Shown here: positions 1 to 9,210 of the stretch, piece by piece
How the letters are laid out: every line of letters begins with the position of its first letter
Position numbering within the stretch: the stretch's first letter is position 1
Assembly (NCBI GenBank): GCA_043718225.1
Contig: JAYSWD010000100.1
Coordinates: 1 to 44,726 of the forward strand
Reading direction: 5' to 3'
DNA: 44,726 bases
DNA from: Candidatus Omnitrophota bacterium
Lineage (GTDB): Bacteria > Omnitrophota > Omnitrophia > Omnitrophales > Aquincolibacteriaceae
Translations under genes and position numbers: made by a program
The notes under the pieces: model-generated
What the model was told of the DNA's origin: nothing
Database searches by the model: none
The model's input: the letters and a program-made list of their open reading frames with translations, nothing else

Positions 1-506
1 ACCGCACGGCGCTTTTGCGCAATTTAGCGAAAAGCCTTATTCATCGCAAGAGCATCGTAACTACTTATGCAAAAGCACGTGAAACCAGCGCTTTTGTGGA
101 TAGTGTAGTGACGATTGCCAAACGCGGTGGTTTACATGCACGCCGTTTGCTGATTTCAGAATTGGGGTGTGCACGGGCAGCTGAACAAGTTGTCACTCAA
201 ATCTTGCCAAAATTCGGTGAGCGCAAAGGTGGTTATACCCGTGTTCTAAAAACGACAGTGCGGACAGGCGATGGTGCCCAGCGCGCTTTGCTTGAATTTA
301 CGGAAGTTTTTGACGCTCCGGTTTACAAGAAAAAAGCAAAAAAAGCTCCCGCTAAAAAAGAAGCCGTAGCTGAAGTAACGACGACGGAAAAGAAATCCAA
401 AAAAGCTGAGGAAGTGCAAGCTTCCGAGAAGGCCGTGGATAAGGACCCTGAAAAGAAAAAGGGTTTTGTCGGCAATCTGCGCAAGTTCTTCAAACGCGAA
501 CAGTAA
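1..506 (+). CDS. rplQ: 50S ribosomal protein L17 (bL17), 5'-partial; Lys-rich C-terminal tail
   Basis: Translation 'LRNLAKSLIHRKSIVTTYAKARE...GLHARRL...RTGDGAQRALLEFTE' fits the bL17 core. The frame is open to the window start, so the N-terminus lies upstream of the window. The C-terminal 'KKKAKKAPAKKEA...' tail is a low-complexity extension. Confidence 0.85.
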   Translation, partial: RTALLRNLAKSLIHRKSIVTTYAKARETSAFVDSVVTIAKRGGLHARRLLISELGCARAAEQVVTQILPKFGERKGGYTRVLKTTVRTGDGAQRALLEFTEVFDAPVYKKKAKKAPAKKEAVAEVTTTEKKSKKAEEVQASEKAVDKDPEKKKGFVGNLRKFFKREQ

Positions 507-521
507 TCACAATTTTGTTTT

Positions 522-564
522 TGCTCTGTGCTGCGCACAACCGCGGCACAGAGCATTTGGTTTT
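522..564 (+). terminator. Rho-independent terminator after rplQ
   Basis: 10-bp perfect stem TGCTCTGTGC / GCACAGAGCA with a 14-nt loop, followed directly by TTTGGTTTT. Confidence 0.6.
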
Positions 565-580
565 AACGGGTGGTTAAGTC

Positions 581-1786
581 ATGAATTCAATTAGACTTTC
601 GGACCGTGTTACAGCTGTAAAACCTTCACTGACGCTTGGCATTGCCGCCAAAGCGAAAGCCATGCGCGCGCAGGGTTTAGACGTGATTTCTCTCAGCGCG
701 GGCGAGCCTGATTTCGACACGCCGCAATTCATAAAAGACTCCGCGATTCAAGCGCTTCAAAATGGCGCCACGAAATATACTCCCGAAACCGGCACGCCCG
801 AAATTAAACAAGCAGTCATCCGCAAATTTAAGCGCGACCAGGGGCTGACTTTCGAACCCGAACAAGTAGTGGTGGGCTGCGGCGCGAAGCATGTGATTTT
901 CAATGTGTTTTACGCTATGCTCAATCCCGGGGATGAAGTCCTGATTCCGTCTCCTTTTTGGCTGAGCTATCCCGAAATGGCGATTCTTTGCGGAGCGAAA
1001 AGCGTTTTGATTGAAACAACCGAAGCGACCGGTTTCAAGCTGACTCCCGCGATGCTTGAGAAAAGCATTACACCTCAAACCAAGCTCTTAATTTTAAATT
1101 CGCCTTCAAATCCGACCGGTGCGGTTTATTCCGAAAAAGAACTGCGCGATCTCATCCCGGTTTTGAAAAAAAATCCGCACGTACAGATTTTAAGCGATGA
1201 AATTTATGAGAAACTTATTTTTGGCGGCGCCAAAGCTGTTTCGATCGCGTCTTTGGATACTGAAATCGCCGCGCGTACAATCGTTGTAAACGGCCACAGC
1301 AAGGCCTACGCAATGACCGGCTGGCGTTTAGGATACGCGGGTATTCCCGATAAGCCGCTTGCCAAGGCCGTGGCCAGCTTTCAAAGCCATTCGACTTCAA
1401 ACCCCAACTCTTTCGCGCAGGCCGGGGGCATTACCGCGCTTGATCAAGGCGACGCCGAAGCGGCAAAAATGTGCGCGGTTTATGAAAAACGCCGCGATCT
1501 TTTTATCAATTTGCTGAAGACAATTCCTTCGTTGAAACCGTTCCGTCCCGAAGGCGCTTTTTATCTTTTTATCAATATTGAAGGTACCGGTATGACCGGT
1601 TTGCAGCTTTCTGAGCTCCTGCTTGAAAAAGCGCATTTAGCGGTGGTTCCGGGTGAGCCTTTTGGAAGCGCGAAACATATCCGCGTGAGCTATGCCACAT
1701 CCGAAAAAGATATTGAAGAAGCCGTTCGCCGCATGGCACAGCATATTCTGCCTCTGCGCCAAGGCGCAACCGGCGCTCGCGCATAA
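581..1786 (+). CDS. Class I/II (aspartate/aromatic) aminotransferase, PLP-dependent
   Basis: 'LSAGEPDFDTPQFIKDSAIQAL', 'ILNSPSNPTG', and the PLP-lysine context 'NGHSKAYAMTGWRLGYA'. Length is 401 aa. Confidence 0.8.
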   Translation: MNSIRLSDRVTAVKPSLTLGIAAKAKAMRAQGLDVISLSAGEPDFDTPQFIKDSAIQALQNGATKYTPETGTPEIKQAVIRKFKRDQGLTFEPEQVVVGCGAKHVIFNVFYAMLNPGDEVLIPSPFWLSYPEMAILCGAKSVLIETTEATGFKLTPAMLEKSITPQTKLLILNSPSNPTGAVYSEKELRDLIPVLKKNPHVQILSDEIYEKLIFGGAKAVSIASLDTEIAARTIVVNGHSKAYAMTGWRLGYAGIPDKPLAKAVASFQSHSTSNPNSFAQAGGITALDQGDAEAAKMCAVYEKRRDLFINLLKTIPSLKPFRPEGAFYLFINIEGTGMTGLQLSELLLEKAHLAVVPGEPFGSAKHIRVSYATSEKDIEEAVRRMAQHILPLRQGATGARA

Positions 1787-1839
1787 TCTCATCCATTTCC
1801 CCGATACAATTTTCTCCGATTATTTGCTAGGCTAACCAC

Positions 1840-3750
1840 ATGGATGTACACCGTTTACAAGTGGGTGATTCGATCCGGGTTGAAGAGCTGGAACAACAGC
1901 TGGGAGCGCTCCATTACCAGCCTGTAAGTGCGGTTGCCGCGCCGGGACAATACGCCCTGAGAGGCGCCGCGTTTGATATTTTCCCCGTTTCATACCGCTT
2001 GCCCGTACGCATCCGCATTACGGATGACAAAGTGGCGAATATTCGCGACTTCACGCTTTCTGACGGCCGCAACATGACCGTTTTTGATGAAGTCTTTCTG
2101 ATTCCCGTTTCCGATTTCTTTCAAAAAAAACTGGATAAGCTCGAGGAACAATTCGCTTTATTCGAACCGGTTTTTCGTGCCAAAGATCTGGAGCGCGGCG
2201 ACTATGTCGTGCATTCCAAATACGGTATCGGAAAATTTTTGGGCCTTAAAACGCTGGAAGACCGGGGTAAAAAAGAAAAGCATTTAGCGATTGAATATGC
2301 CGACAAGGAAATTCTTTATGTTTCGACGCGCGAACCCGTCGAGCGTTTTATTGGCGGGTCATATTCAAAACCCAAATTAACCAAGCTGCATTCGAAAGAT
2401 TGGGAACGCGTCCAGCAGCGCACTAAAAGCGCTTTGCACCGCGTAGCCTCCGACATGCTTGAAATCCAGGTCAAGCGCAATACGGAAAAAGGATTTGCTT
2501 TTACCGCGCAGCCTGAATGGGAAGAAAAATTTTCCGCCGGCTTTCAATTTGAACTTACCGCAGGCCAGGTGCGTTCCATCAACGAAGTGTATAAAGATAT
2601 GGAAGGCCTGCGCCCGATGGACCGGCTTTTATGCGGCGATGTCGGCTACGGCAAAACCGAAGTCGCGATTCGAGCCGCTTTTCGCGCGGCGCTTTGCGGT
2701 AAACAAGTCGCTTTTCTGGTTCCGACGACATTGCTCGCCGAACAACATTTTTTACGCCTGAAAGAGCGTTTACGGGATTTTCCTGTCCGCGTCCAGCTGC
2801 TTTCCAGGTTTCAAACCAAAGAAGAAATGAAACAAGTCGTGGCGGGTTTGAATACGGGTGAAGTCGATATCGTCGTAGGAACGCACCGGCTGCTTTCTAA
2901 AGACGTGCAATTCAAAGATTTAGGCCTTGTGATTATCGACGAAGAACAGCGGTTTGGCGTGGCGCATAAAGAACGGTTGAAAGCTATGCGCGCGATGGTG
3001 GATATTTTGACTTTGACCGCCACGCCGATTCCCAGAACGCTGCACCTTTCAATGCTCGGAGTCAGAGACATGTCTGTGATTGATACCGCGCCCAAAACGC
3101 GTTTGCCTGTCGAGACTTTTGTGACACCGTATCATGAGGGTTTGATTATTCAGGCCGTGCTCAAAGAAATGGAACGCGGCGGACAGATTTATTTTATTCA
3201 TAACCGCGTGATGGATATGGAAAAAATCTATTTACGGCTTAAAACAATTTTACCGGGCATAAGGCTGGGGGTAGCGCACGGGCAAATGCCGCCGTCTACG
3301 CTTGAGGTGGTGATGAAGAAATTCATGGAACATGAAATCGACTGTTTGATCGCGACGAATATTGTCGAATCGGGCATTGATATTCCGAATGTGAACACTT
3401 TGATTGTCGACCGCGCCGATTTATTCGGTTTGGCGGATCTGTATCAATTGCGCGGGCGTGTCGGGCGCTTCCACAAAGAACGCCAGGCTTACGCTTATTT
3501 GCTGATTCCGCCCCAGGCGGCTATGGGAGAAGAGGCTTCAAAACGCCTGAAGGCGATTGAGCGGTTTACAGATCTGGGGTCCGGCTTTAAAATTGCCGTC
3601 GAAGATTTGCAGATTCGGGGGGCGGGGAACCTGCTTGGCCACGAGCAAAGCGGCTTTATTCACGCGGTTGGATTTGACATGTATTGCCGGATGTTGAAAC
3701 AGGCAATCGAAGACGAAATGCATTCGCGTAAAAATTTAAGGAAAGCATAA
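1840..3750 (+). CDS. mfd: Transcription-repair coupling factor Mfd, unusually short (636 aa)
   Basis: CarD/RID motif 'RGDYVVHSKYGIGKFLGL'. SF2 translocase motifs are present: 'GDVGYGKTEVA', 'LVPTTLLAEQH', 'DEEQRFGV', 'LTLTATPIPRTL', 'QLRGRVGR', and the TRG region 'IRGAGNLLGHEQSGF'. The N-terminus carries a UvrB/Mfd-like 'RGAAFDIFP' motif. Only 53 nt separate it from the upstream gene, so the short N-terminus is real. The C-terminus ends about 20 aa after the TRG motif. Confidence 0.7.
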   Translation: MDVHRLQVGDSIRVEELEQQLGALHYQPVSAVAAPGQYALRGAAFDIFPVSYRLPVRIRITDDKVANIRDFTLSDGRNMTVFDEVFLIPVSDFFQKKLDKLEEQFALFEPVFRAKDLERGDYVVHSKYGIGKFLGLKTLEDRGKKEKHLAIEYADKEILYVSTREPVERFIGGSYSKPKLTKLHSKDWERVQQRTKSALHRVASDMLEIQVKRNTEKGFAFTAQPEWEEKFSAGFQFELTAGQVRSINEVYKDMEGLRPMDRLLCGDVGYGKTEVAIRAAFRAALCGKQVAFLVPTTLLAEQHFLRLKERLRDFPVRVQLLSRFQTKEEMKQVVAGLNTGEVDIVVGTHRLLSKDVQFKDLGLVIIDEEQRFGVAHKERLKAMRAMVDILTLTATPIPRTLHLSMLGVRDMSVIDTAPKTRLPVETFVTPYHEGLIIQAVLKEMERGGQIYFIHNRVMDMEKIYLRLKTILPGIRLGVAHGQMPPSTLEVVMKKFMEHEIDCLIATNIVESGIDIPNVNTLIVDRADLFGLADLYQLRGRVGRFHKERQAYAYLLIPPQAAMGEEASKRLKAIERFTDLGSGFKIAVEDLQIRGAGNLLGHEQSGFIHAVGFDMYCRMLKQAIEDEMHSRKNLRKA

Positions 3751-3754
3751 TTTT

Positions 3755-4765
3755 ATGAACCACGAGCCACGAGTCACGAATCACACCGCTGCTTTTCTTT
3801 GTCTTTGGTCTATGGTCTTTTGTCTTTTTTCAACTCCTGCGCAGGCAAAGCCGGAATTGCTCGACCGGCTTGTGGCGGTCGTGAACGATGATGTGATAAA
3901 TCAAAGCGAAGTTGATGGGCTGCTGCGCCCGCTTTATGAACAGTATTCGCGTGAATACAGCGGTGAAACAGTGATGAAAATGCTCGCGGGGGCGCAGGAG
4001 AAAATTCTGAGCCAGCTGATCGAAGACAGGCTTGTTTATCAAGAGGCCGTGAAGAAAAAAATAGAAGTGTCTGAAAGCGATATTGAAAAAGAAATGAATT
4101 TTTTTAAACAGCGTTTCGGAAGTTCGGTTGAATTGGAAAAAGCGCTCAAAAGCGAGAACGCAAGCGTAGCGGATTTGAAGGACCGCCTTAAAAAACAGGC
4201 GCTGATCCGAAAACTGCATGAAAGTGAAATCCGCTCAAAAACCATTGTTTCTCCTAAAGAACAGGAAGCTTATTATGCGGAACATAAAGACGAGTTCGCG
4301 GCGCAAGAGCAGGCGAAGATCAAGTCGCTAACGATAAAAAAGAGCGAGGAAACCCGCGAGAAAGGCATGGCGGACGAAGCCGCCCAGGCACGTTTAGCGG
4401 CTTTGCGCGACAGAATTTTAAAAGGCGAGGACTTTGATAAATTAACTGCGGAATCTTCCGAAGACAAGCATTCCGATGCAGAGGGAAAAGGAAATTGGAT
4501 TTTGCGAGGACAGATGATTCCGGCGGTGGACGAAATTATTTTTAAAACTAAAGCCGGGGAATTAACTGATGTAATTGAGACGCCGGTTGGCTACCATGTT
4601 TTTAAAGTGATCGAGCGCCAGGATCCCCTTCAGAAATCATACGAACAGGTACGTGACCAGATTTATGAGATTTTGTTCCGCAAAAAAAGCGAGGACCGTT
4701 TTACGATCTGGATGGATGGACTGAAGAAGAACGCGTACATCTCCATTAAAGGTAAACGTATTTGA
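3755..4765 (+). CDS. surA: SurA/PpiC-type peptidyl-prolyl isomerase / periplasmic chaperone (signal peptide)
   Basis: Signal peptide '...FLCLWSMVFCLFSTPAQA|KPE'. SurA N-domain-like region, then a parvulin motif 'TPVGYHVFKVIER'. The gene sits directly upstream of pdxA-ksgA, the classic surA-pdxA-ksgA order. Confidence 0.65.
   Translation: MNHEPRVTNHTAAFLCLWSMVFCLFSTPAQAKPELLDRLVAVVNDDVINQSEVDGLLRPLYEQYSREYSGETVMKMLAGAQEKILSQLIEDRLVYQEAVKKKIEVSESDIEKEMNFFKQRFGSSVELEKALKSENASVADLKDRLKKQALIRKLHESEIRSKTIVSPKEQEAYYAEHKDEFAAQEQAKIKSLTIKKSEETREKGMADEAAQARLAALRDRILKGEDFDKLTAESSEDKHSDAEGKGNWILRGQMIPAVDEIIFKTKAGELTDVIETPVGYHVFKVIERQDPLQKSYEQVRDQIYEILFRKKSEDRFTIWMDGLKKNAYISIKGKRI
3760..3787 (+). repeat. 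Tandem heptamer run (CCACGAG/CCACGAG/TCACGAA/TCACACC) inside the surA 5' end
   Basis: Read directly: accacgagccacgagtcacgaatcacacc. It encodes the n-region 'HEPRVTNH' of the signal peptide. It shares TCACGAATCAC with the repeat at 29825-29859. Confidence 0.6.
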
Positions 4766-4841
4766 CGAAAACTGCTGACGGTCTTATATTGCGCGCTCGA
4801 TAAAGCTCGCGCCGCATATCGACCCGTCTCAACTCAAAAAT

Positions 4842-5834
4842 ATGTCATCAAAATTAATTGCGCTAACGATGGGTGATCCGGGCGGAATAGGGCCTGAAAT
4901 TCTACTGAAAACTCTAAAGAAGAGAAGAAGTGCTGCCCGTTTTTTGGTCATAGGCTCGGAGCAGGCACTGAAGCTTCTCAAAGACAAGCTCGGATTAAAA
5001 CTTTCTTTTGAATTTGTTTCTTCTGCGGCGGAACTAAAAAAGACAAAAGCCGCTCTTCTTTTTTGGGATGTTGACCTGCAGATTTCCGGAAAAATTCAAG
5101 CCGGAAAATTATCCAAAACAAACGGCGCTAAAGCCCTGGAATCAATTCGAATCGCTGAAGGTCTTGCCCGCGGCGGGAATGTTGACGCGATTGTGACAGC
5201 GCCGCTCAATAAAACAGCCGTGCGATTGGTGGACGCGAAGTTTGTGGGGCATACCGAGTTTTTGGCCAAGCATGCGTGCGTTAAAAAGTACGGGATGATG
5301 TTTGTGGGATCCAAATTTTTAGTCACACTTGCGACCATACATTTACCGCTTAAAAAAGTGGCAGCGGCTATCACTAAAAAACTAATCACTGAAAAAATCG
5401 GGCTTACGGCAGCTTTCCTCAAAAAATATCGTTTTCCAAAACAGGATGTGGCAGTATGCGCTCTGAATCCGCACGGTCGCGAAACAGGTGGCGAGGAAGA
5501 CCGTATCATTACTCCGGCTGTGCGTGAAGCTCGCCGCCTGGGCCTGAAAGTCGCCGGGCCATATCCGGCGGACAGCCTTTTTTATGACGCTTATCACGGA
5601 AAACACGGAGCGATACTTGCCATGTATCATGATCAGGCTTTAGCCCCTTTTAAAATGATTTCTTTCAGAGACGGAGTAAATGTGACATTAGGACTGCCTT
5701 ATTTGAGAACTTCGCCCGACCACGGAACGGCGTTCGATATTGCCTATTCGGGAAAGGCCGATCCGGCGTCATTTCAAAGCGCGCTTGATTTGGCATTGCG
5801 CCTTCTCAGCGGATCAGCGGGGCCAAAGAGATGA
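4842..5834 (+). CDS. pdxA: 4-hydroxythreonine-4-phosphate dehydrogenase
   Basis: N-terminal 'IALTMGDPGGIGPEI' and 'HGRETGGEEDRIITPA...AMYHDQALAPFK' are PdxA signatures. Confidence 0.85.
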   Translation: MSSKLIALTMGDPGGIGPEILLKTLKKRRSAARFLVIGSEQALKLLKDKLGLKLSFEFVSSAAELKKTKAALLFWDVDLQISGKIQAGKLSKTNGAKALESIRIAEGLARGGNVDAIVTAPLNKTAVRLVDAKFVGHTEFLAKHACVKKYGMMFVGSKFLVTLATIHLPLKKVAAAITKKLITEKIGLTAAFLKKYRFPKQDVAVCALNPHGRETGGEEDRIITPAVREARRLGLKVAGPYPADSLFYDAYHGKHGAILAMYHDQALAPFKMISFRDGVNVTLGLPYLRTSPDHGTAFDIAYSGKADPASFQSALDLALRLLSGSAGPKR

Positions 5835-6697
5835 TGACGCAAACGGCGTTGCTTCAAAAGTACCGCATACAAATCAAAGGTGATTTGGGGCAGCATCTGC
5901 TTCTCGATGCGAATATCGTCCGGAAAATTGTCGGCGCGCTCAATCCTCAAATCGGACAAACGGTGGTTGAGATCGGCCCCGGGCTGGGCGCTTTAACAGT
6001 CGAGCTTTTACGGCATGGGATGAATGTCATCGCGATTGAAAAGGACCCAAAGTTCGTAAATATTCTCGAAAAAGAATTGCTGCCTGAGTTTCCCGATACT
6101 TTTCATCTCATCGAAGCGGATGTTTTGAAATGCAATTTTCGTGAAATATGCGAAGACCTTGAAGAGGTTCAGCTTGTTAGTAATCTGCCTTACTACATTA
6201 CAACGCCGATTCTTTTTAAATTAATCGAGGAAACGCCGGCGTTTTCTTCCGCGGTTTTAATGATGCAAAAAGAGGTCGCGGAAAAGATTGCCGCGGCTCC
6301 GGGTTCTCCTAAGTATGGACGTTTAGCTGCCGCTGCCGCCGCGGTAGGGCGTTCGGAACGCCTCTTCTCTGTCGCCAAAGGCTGTTTTACGCCCGCACCC
6401 GCGGTGGATTCGACGGTGATCAGGTTTAGTTTTAAACAGCGTGTTAAAATAGAACCCACAGACATGCCCGCTTTTCTTGAGTTCGTCAAATCGGCATTCA
6501 GTGAACGCCGAAAAACTTTGATTACATTATTGCTGAGCCAAAAAGGAGCCAAGCCTAATCGGCTTGATATGGAACTTATTTTTAAGGCTTGCGACCTCGA
6601 TTTGAAGCTTCGCGCGGACCAGCTTAAAATAGAACAATTCGCCGATTTATATTCAAAACTTTCCAACCGGGAAAGCAGGTTGAAACAAACGCCATGA
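5831..6697 (+). CDS. rsmA: 16S rRNA (adenine1518/1519-N6)-dimethyltransferase
   Basis: 'GQHLLLDANIVRKIV...VVEIGPGLGALT' is the SAM-binding motif. 'NLPYYITTPILFKL' is also present. ATGA overlap with pdxA. It contains a (GCYGCC)x3 poly-Ala insert 'RLAAAAAAVG'. Confidence 0.85.
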   Translation: MMTQTALLQKYRIQIKGDLGQHLLLDANIVRKIVGALNPQIGQTVVEIGPGLGALTVELLRHGMNVIAIEKDPKFVNILEKELLPEFPDTFHLIEADVLKCNFREICEDLEEVQLVSNLPYYITTPILFKLIEETPAFSSAVLMMQKEVAEKIAAAPGSPKYGRLAAAAAAVGRSERLFSVAKGCFTPAPAVDSTVIRFSFKQRVKIEPTDMPAFLEFVKSAFSERRKTLITLLLSQKGAKPNRLDMELIFKACDLDLKLRADQLKIEQFADLYSKLSNRESRLKQTP

Positions 6698-7689
6698 AAA
6701 CAGCCTCAATTTTAGATGAAATTTACGCCCCTATAGCGGGCCCTGTTAAAAACGTTCCCGGCCAAATTTTAAAAATTCTCGAATCATCCAATCCGCTGAT
6801 TCAAGATATTTTCCGGCATTTTTTTCAGGCGCAGGGGAAGATGCTGCGCCCTGCGATGACCTTTTTGGGGGCGGCGGTGGCGCGGCCTTCTTTTGAAATA
6901 AATGATAATGAAAAGCTGCTCAATCTCGCCGCGGCATTTGAAATTTTCCATGCCGCGACTTTGATTCACGACGATATCATTGACCGCGCGGAATTGCGGC
7001 GCGGCCTGGTGTCGGTCAATGCTCAATGGGGTTCGCCCGTCGCCGTGTTAGCGGGAGATTTTTTGCATGACCGCGCGCTGGTCACCATTTTTGAAAACAG
7101 TCACTCCGACATCATGCGCCTGTTTTTAAAAACCGCCGGCATTGTCTGTGACGGCGAAATTCACGAACTGCGGCGGGTTAGATTTTATGACTTAACGGAA
7201 GCGGAGTATTTTGAAATCATTTATAAAAAGACCGCCTCACTTCTGGCCTGTGTCTTGGAATCGGGTGCGCGTACTGCCGGCGCTACAGAAAGCGAAGCGC
7301 GGGCACTTGCGGAATTCGGGCGGCATTTTGGAAATGCCTTCCAAATGATCGATGATTGCCTTGATTTTACGGCGAATCAGGTTGAACTTGGAAAAACACT
7401 GGGGACGGATTTAGCCGCGGGTGTTTTGACTTTACCGCTGATTCGTTTGCTTGAAACCCGGCCTGATTTAAGACCGCAAATTTTAAATTTAATCGAGCAC
7501 AGCGCGTCGCGTGAAAATCTCAATCAATTAACCCGGCTGATTTTTGAAAATGGCGCGTTGGATTATGTTTTTCAGCGCGCGCGTGAATCAACCCAGCGCG
7601 CACTTTTGTCATTATCCGTTTTTCCCGATTCTGCTGCCCGTCAAAGCCTTGAAAAACTCGCGGGTTACATTCTTGAACGCACTAAATAG
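6694..7689 (+). CDS. ispB: All-trans polyprenyl diphosphate synthase (IspB-like)
   Basis: First DDxxD motif 'LIHDDIIDRAELRRG' and second 'FQMIDDCLDF'. ATGA overlap with rsmA. Confidence 0.75.
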   Translation: MKTASILDEIYAPIAGPVKNVPGQILKILESSNPLIQDIFRHFFQAQGKMLRPAMTFLGAAVARPSFEINDNEKLLNLAAAFEIFHAATLIHDDIIDRAELRRGLVSVNAQWGSPVAVLAGDFLHDRALVTIFENSHSDIMRLFLKTAGIVCDGEIHELRRVRFYDLTEAEYFEIIYKKTASLLACVLESGARTAGATESEARALAEFGRHFGNAFQMIDDCLDFTANQVELGKTLGTDLAAGVLTLPLIRLLETRPDLRPQILNLIEHSASRENLNQLTRLIFENGALDYVFQRARESTQRALLSLSVFPDSAARQSLEKLAGYILERTK

Positions 7690-7773
7690 TGACAGGTGAC
7701 AAGTGACGAGTGACCGGCAATCAAAAGTTAATGCGGCCATTTTTCTTGTCACCAGTCACCGGTTACCAGTCAC
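7689..7773. repeat. Inverted array of GTGACNN heptamers (4 direct + 4 inverted) between ispB and rsmI
   Basis: GTGACAG GTGACAA GTGACGA GTGACCGG, then a 27-nt spacer, then CTTGTCAC CAGTCAC CGGTTAC CAGTCAC. This makes an imperfect long hairpin. It starts at the ispB stop codon and ends 3 nt before the rsmI ATG. Confidence 0.6.
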
Positions 7774-7776
7774 TGT

Positions 7777-8526
7777 ATGTTAAGCATTATTTCCACACCG
7801 ATCGGAAATTTGGGGGATATCACTTTCCGCGCGGTGGAGACGCTCAAGAAATGCGATGTGATCGCCTGTGAAGATACGCGCCATACTCTGACGTTGCTTA
7901 AGCATTATCAAATTGAGAAACCGCTTATCAGTCATCACGACCATTCTTCGCCGGATAGCCGCCGTCGCTTGGCCGCGATGCTGCGCGAAGGCAAGCATGT
8001 GGCGCTTGTTTCAGACGGGGGAACGCCGCTTGTCAATGACCCCGGCTTTGAGCTGATGCGTTTTTCCCGCGAATTCAATATCGCGGTTGAAGTTTTGCCC
8101 GGCCCGTGTTCGATTATTTCAGGGCTTGTCTTAAGCGGCCTGGCGGTGGATTCCTTTTCATTTTTCGGATTTCTTCCTCAAAAATCATCGCAGCGCAAAA
8201 AAATATTTACGGATCTTGCGGGAAAAAGAGAAACCTTGATTTTTTTTGAATCACCTTTTCGAATCGAAAAAGCGGTTACGGATGCGCTTGAGATTTTAGG
8301 CGACCGGGAAGCCGCGATAGTGCGCGAAATAACAAAAAAATTCGAAGAGGCTTTGCGCGGGTCCTTAAGTCAATTGGTGAGTGCGCTTCAGAAAAGGCCG
8401 CGAAAAGGCGAAATGGTATTGGTCATTGCCGGTGTGGACCGTAAAAAACTATTCGCGGAAGGTAATTTTGAATCCGCCGAACAAGCGCCGGTGACGGAAG
8501 AGCCAAATTCGGAAGGGAATGAATGA
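7777..8526 (+). CDS. rsmI: 16S rRNA (cytidine1402-2'-O)-methyltransferase
   Basis: 'LSIISTPIGNLGDITFRAVETLKKCDVIACEDTRHT' is the tetrapyrrole-methylase-fold RsmI N-terminus. Confidence 0.85.
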   Translation: MLSIISTPIGNLGDITFRAVETLKKCDVIACEDTRHTLTLLKHYQIEKPLISHHDHSSPDSRRRLAAMLREGKHVALVSDGGTPLVNDPGFELMRFSREFNIAVEVLPGPCSIISGLVLSGLAVDSFSFFGFLPQKSSQRKKIFTDLAGKRETLIFFESPFRIEKAVTDALEILGDREAAIVREITKKFEEALRGSLSQLVSALQKRPRKGEMVLVIAGVDRKKLFAEGNFESAEQAPVTEEPNSEGNE

Positions 8527-9098
8527 GCCTTAAAAAAATCGTATTTCTAGTATCGGGCGGCGGTACCAACATGGAGAATTTGATTAAACGCATGCGCTTG
8601 GGTGAAATTCCCGCCGAACCGGTTTTGGTCATCTGCAACCGTCCGGAAGCCGGCGCACTGGACCGAGCCGCGCTTTTGAGAGTGCCCGCCTGCGTAATTG
8701 ATCATGAACAATTTTCATCCCGGCATGATTTTGATAAAGAGTTGGCATCGGTCATTGATTCGAGCGGGGCCGATTTAATTTGTTTGGCAGGCTTTATGCG
8801 TCTGCTTACAACCGAATTTGTGAGCCGTTATCCCAAAAAACTGATCAACATTCATCCGTCGTATTTGCCGGCATTTCCGGGCGCGCATGCAATCCGCGAC
8901 GCGTATATCGCCAAAGCAAAAGAAACCGGGGTCACGATTCATTATGTCGATACGGGCGTGGATACCGGGCCTATTATTCTGCAAAAAAAGGTGCCGATTT
9001 ATTTGGGTGAGACGCTGGAAGCAGTTGAAGCGCGCGTGCATGAAACCGAGTATGAAATTTATCCGGAAGCCCTCAAGTTGGTCTTGAAAAACGTTTAA
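8523..9098 (+). CDS. purN: Phosphoribosylglycinamide formyltransferase
   Basis: 'KIVFLVSGGGTNMENLI', 'INIHPSYLPAFPGAHA', 'HYVDTGVDTGPII'. ATGA overlap with rsmI. Confidence 0.85.
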   Translation: MSLKKIVFLVSGGGTNMENLIKRMRLGEIPAEPVLVICNRPEAGALDRAALLRVPACVIDHEQFSSRHDFDKELASVIDSSGADLICLAGFMRLLTTEFVSRYPKKLINIHPSYLPAFPGAHAIRDAYIAKAKETGVTIHYVDTGVDTGPIILQKKVPIYLGETLEAVEARVHETEYEIYPEALKLVLKNV

Positions 9099-9210
9099 CA
9101 GTTTTTCATTCACACTTCGTTTGCATGTCATTCTTATAATTCCACTTGTCATCCCAGCGTAGGCGGGGATCCAGTTCAATATTCTGCTTGGTTCAATCAA
9201 CTCTTTCGAT

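Noticed and set aside
323-1796. Minus-strand ORFs (323..556, 677..1078, 1215..1400, 1397..1636, 1572..1796) overlapping rplQ and the aminotransferase
   Set aside because: These are antisense shadow frames inside well-supported + strand genes. They have no motifs, and their composition mirrors the sense codons.
6336-6353. (GCYGCC)x3 hexamer repeat in rsmA
   Set aside because: This is an in-frame poly-Ala insert in a variable loop of KsgA. It is an ordinary trinucleotide-type expansion, not part of the heptamer family.
2459-7026. Internal and antisense ORFs within mfd, surA, pdxA, rsmA and ispB (e.g. 2459..2761+, 2811..3095-, 3830..4219-, 5096..5509-, 6193..6666-, 6784..7026-)
   Set aside because: Each overlaps a strongly supported gene in another frame or strand, and none resembles a known protein. 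Similar shadow ORFs recur through the window (8775..9218-, 11371..11751-, 14713..15116-, 17177..17830-, 18696..19070-, 23104..23780-, 24055..24415-), and I treat them the same way.
9140-9180. 'TTGTCATCCCAGCGTAGGCGGGGATCCAG' segment after purN that looked like a REP or tRNA fragment
   Set aside because: It has no convincing inverted symmetry, no second copy in the window, and no tRNA cloverleaf. It is unassignable from sequence alone.
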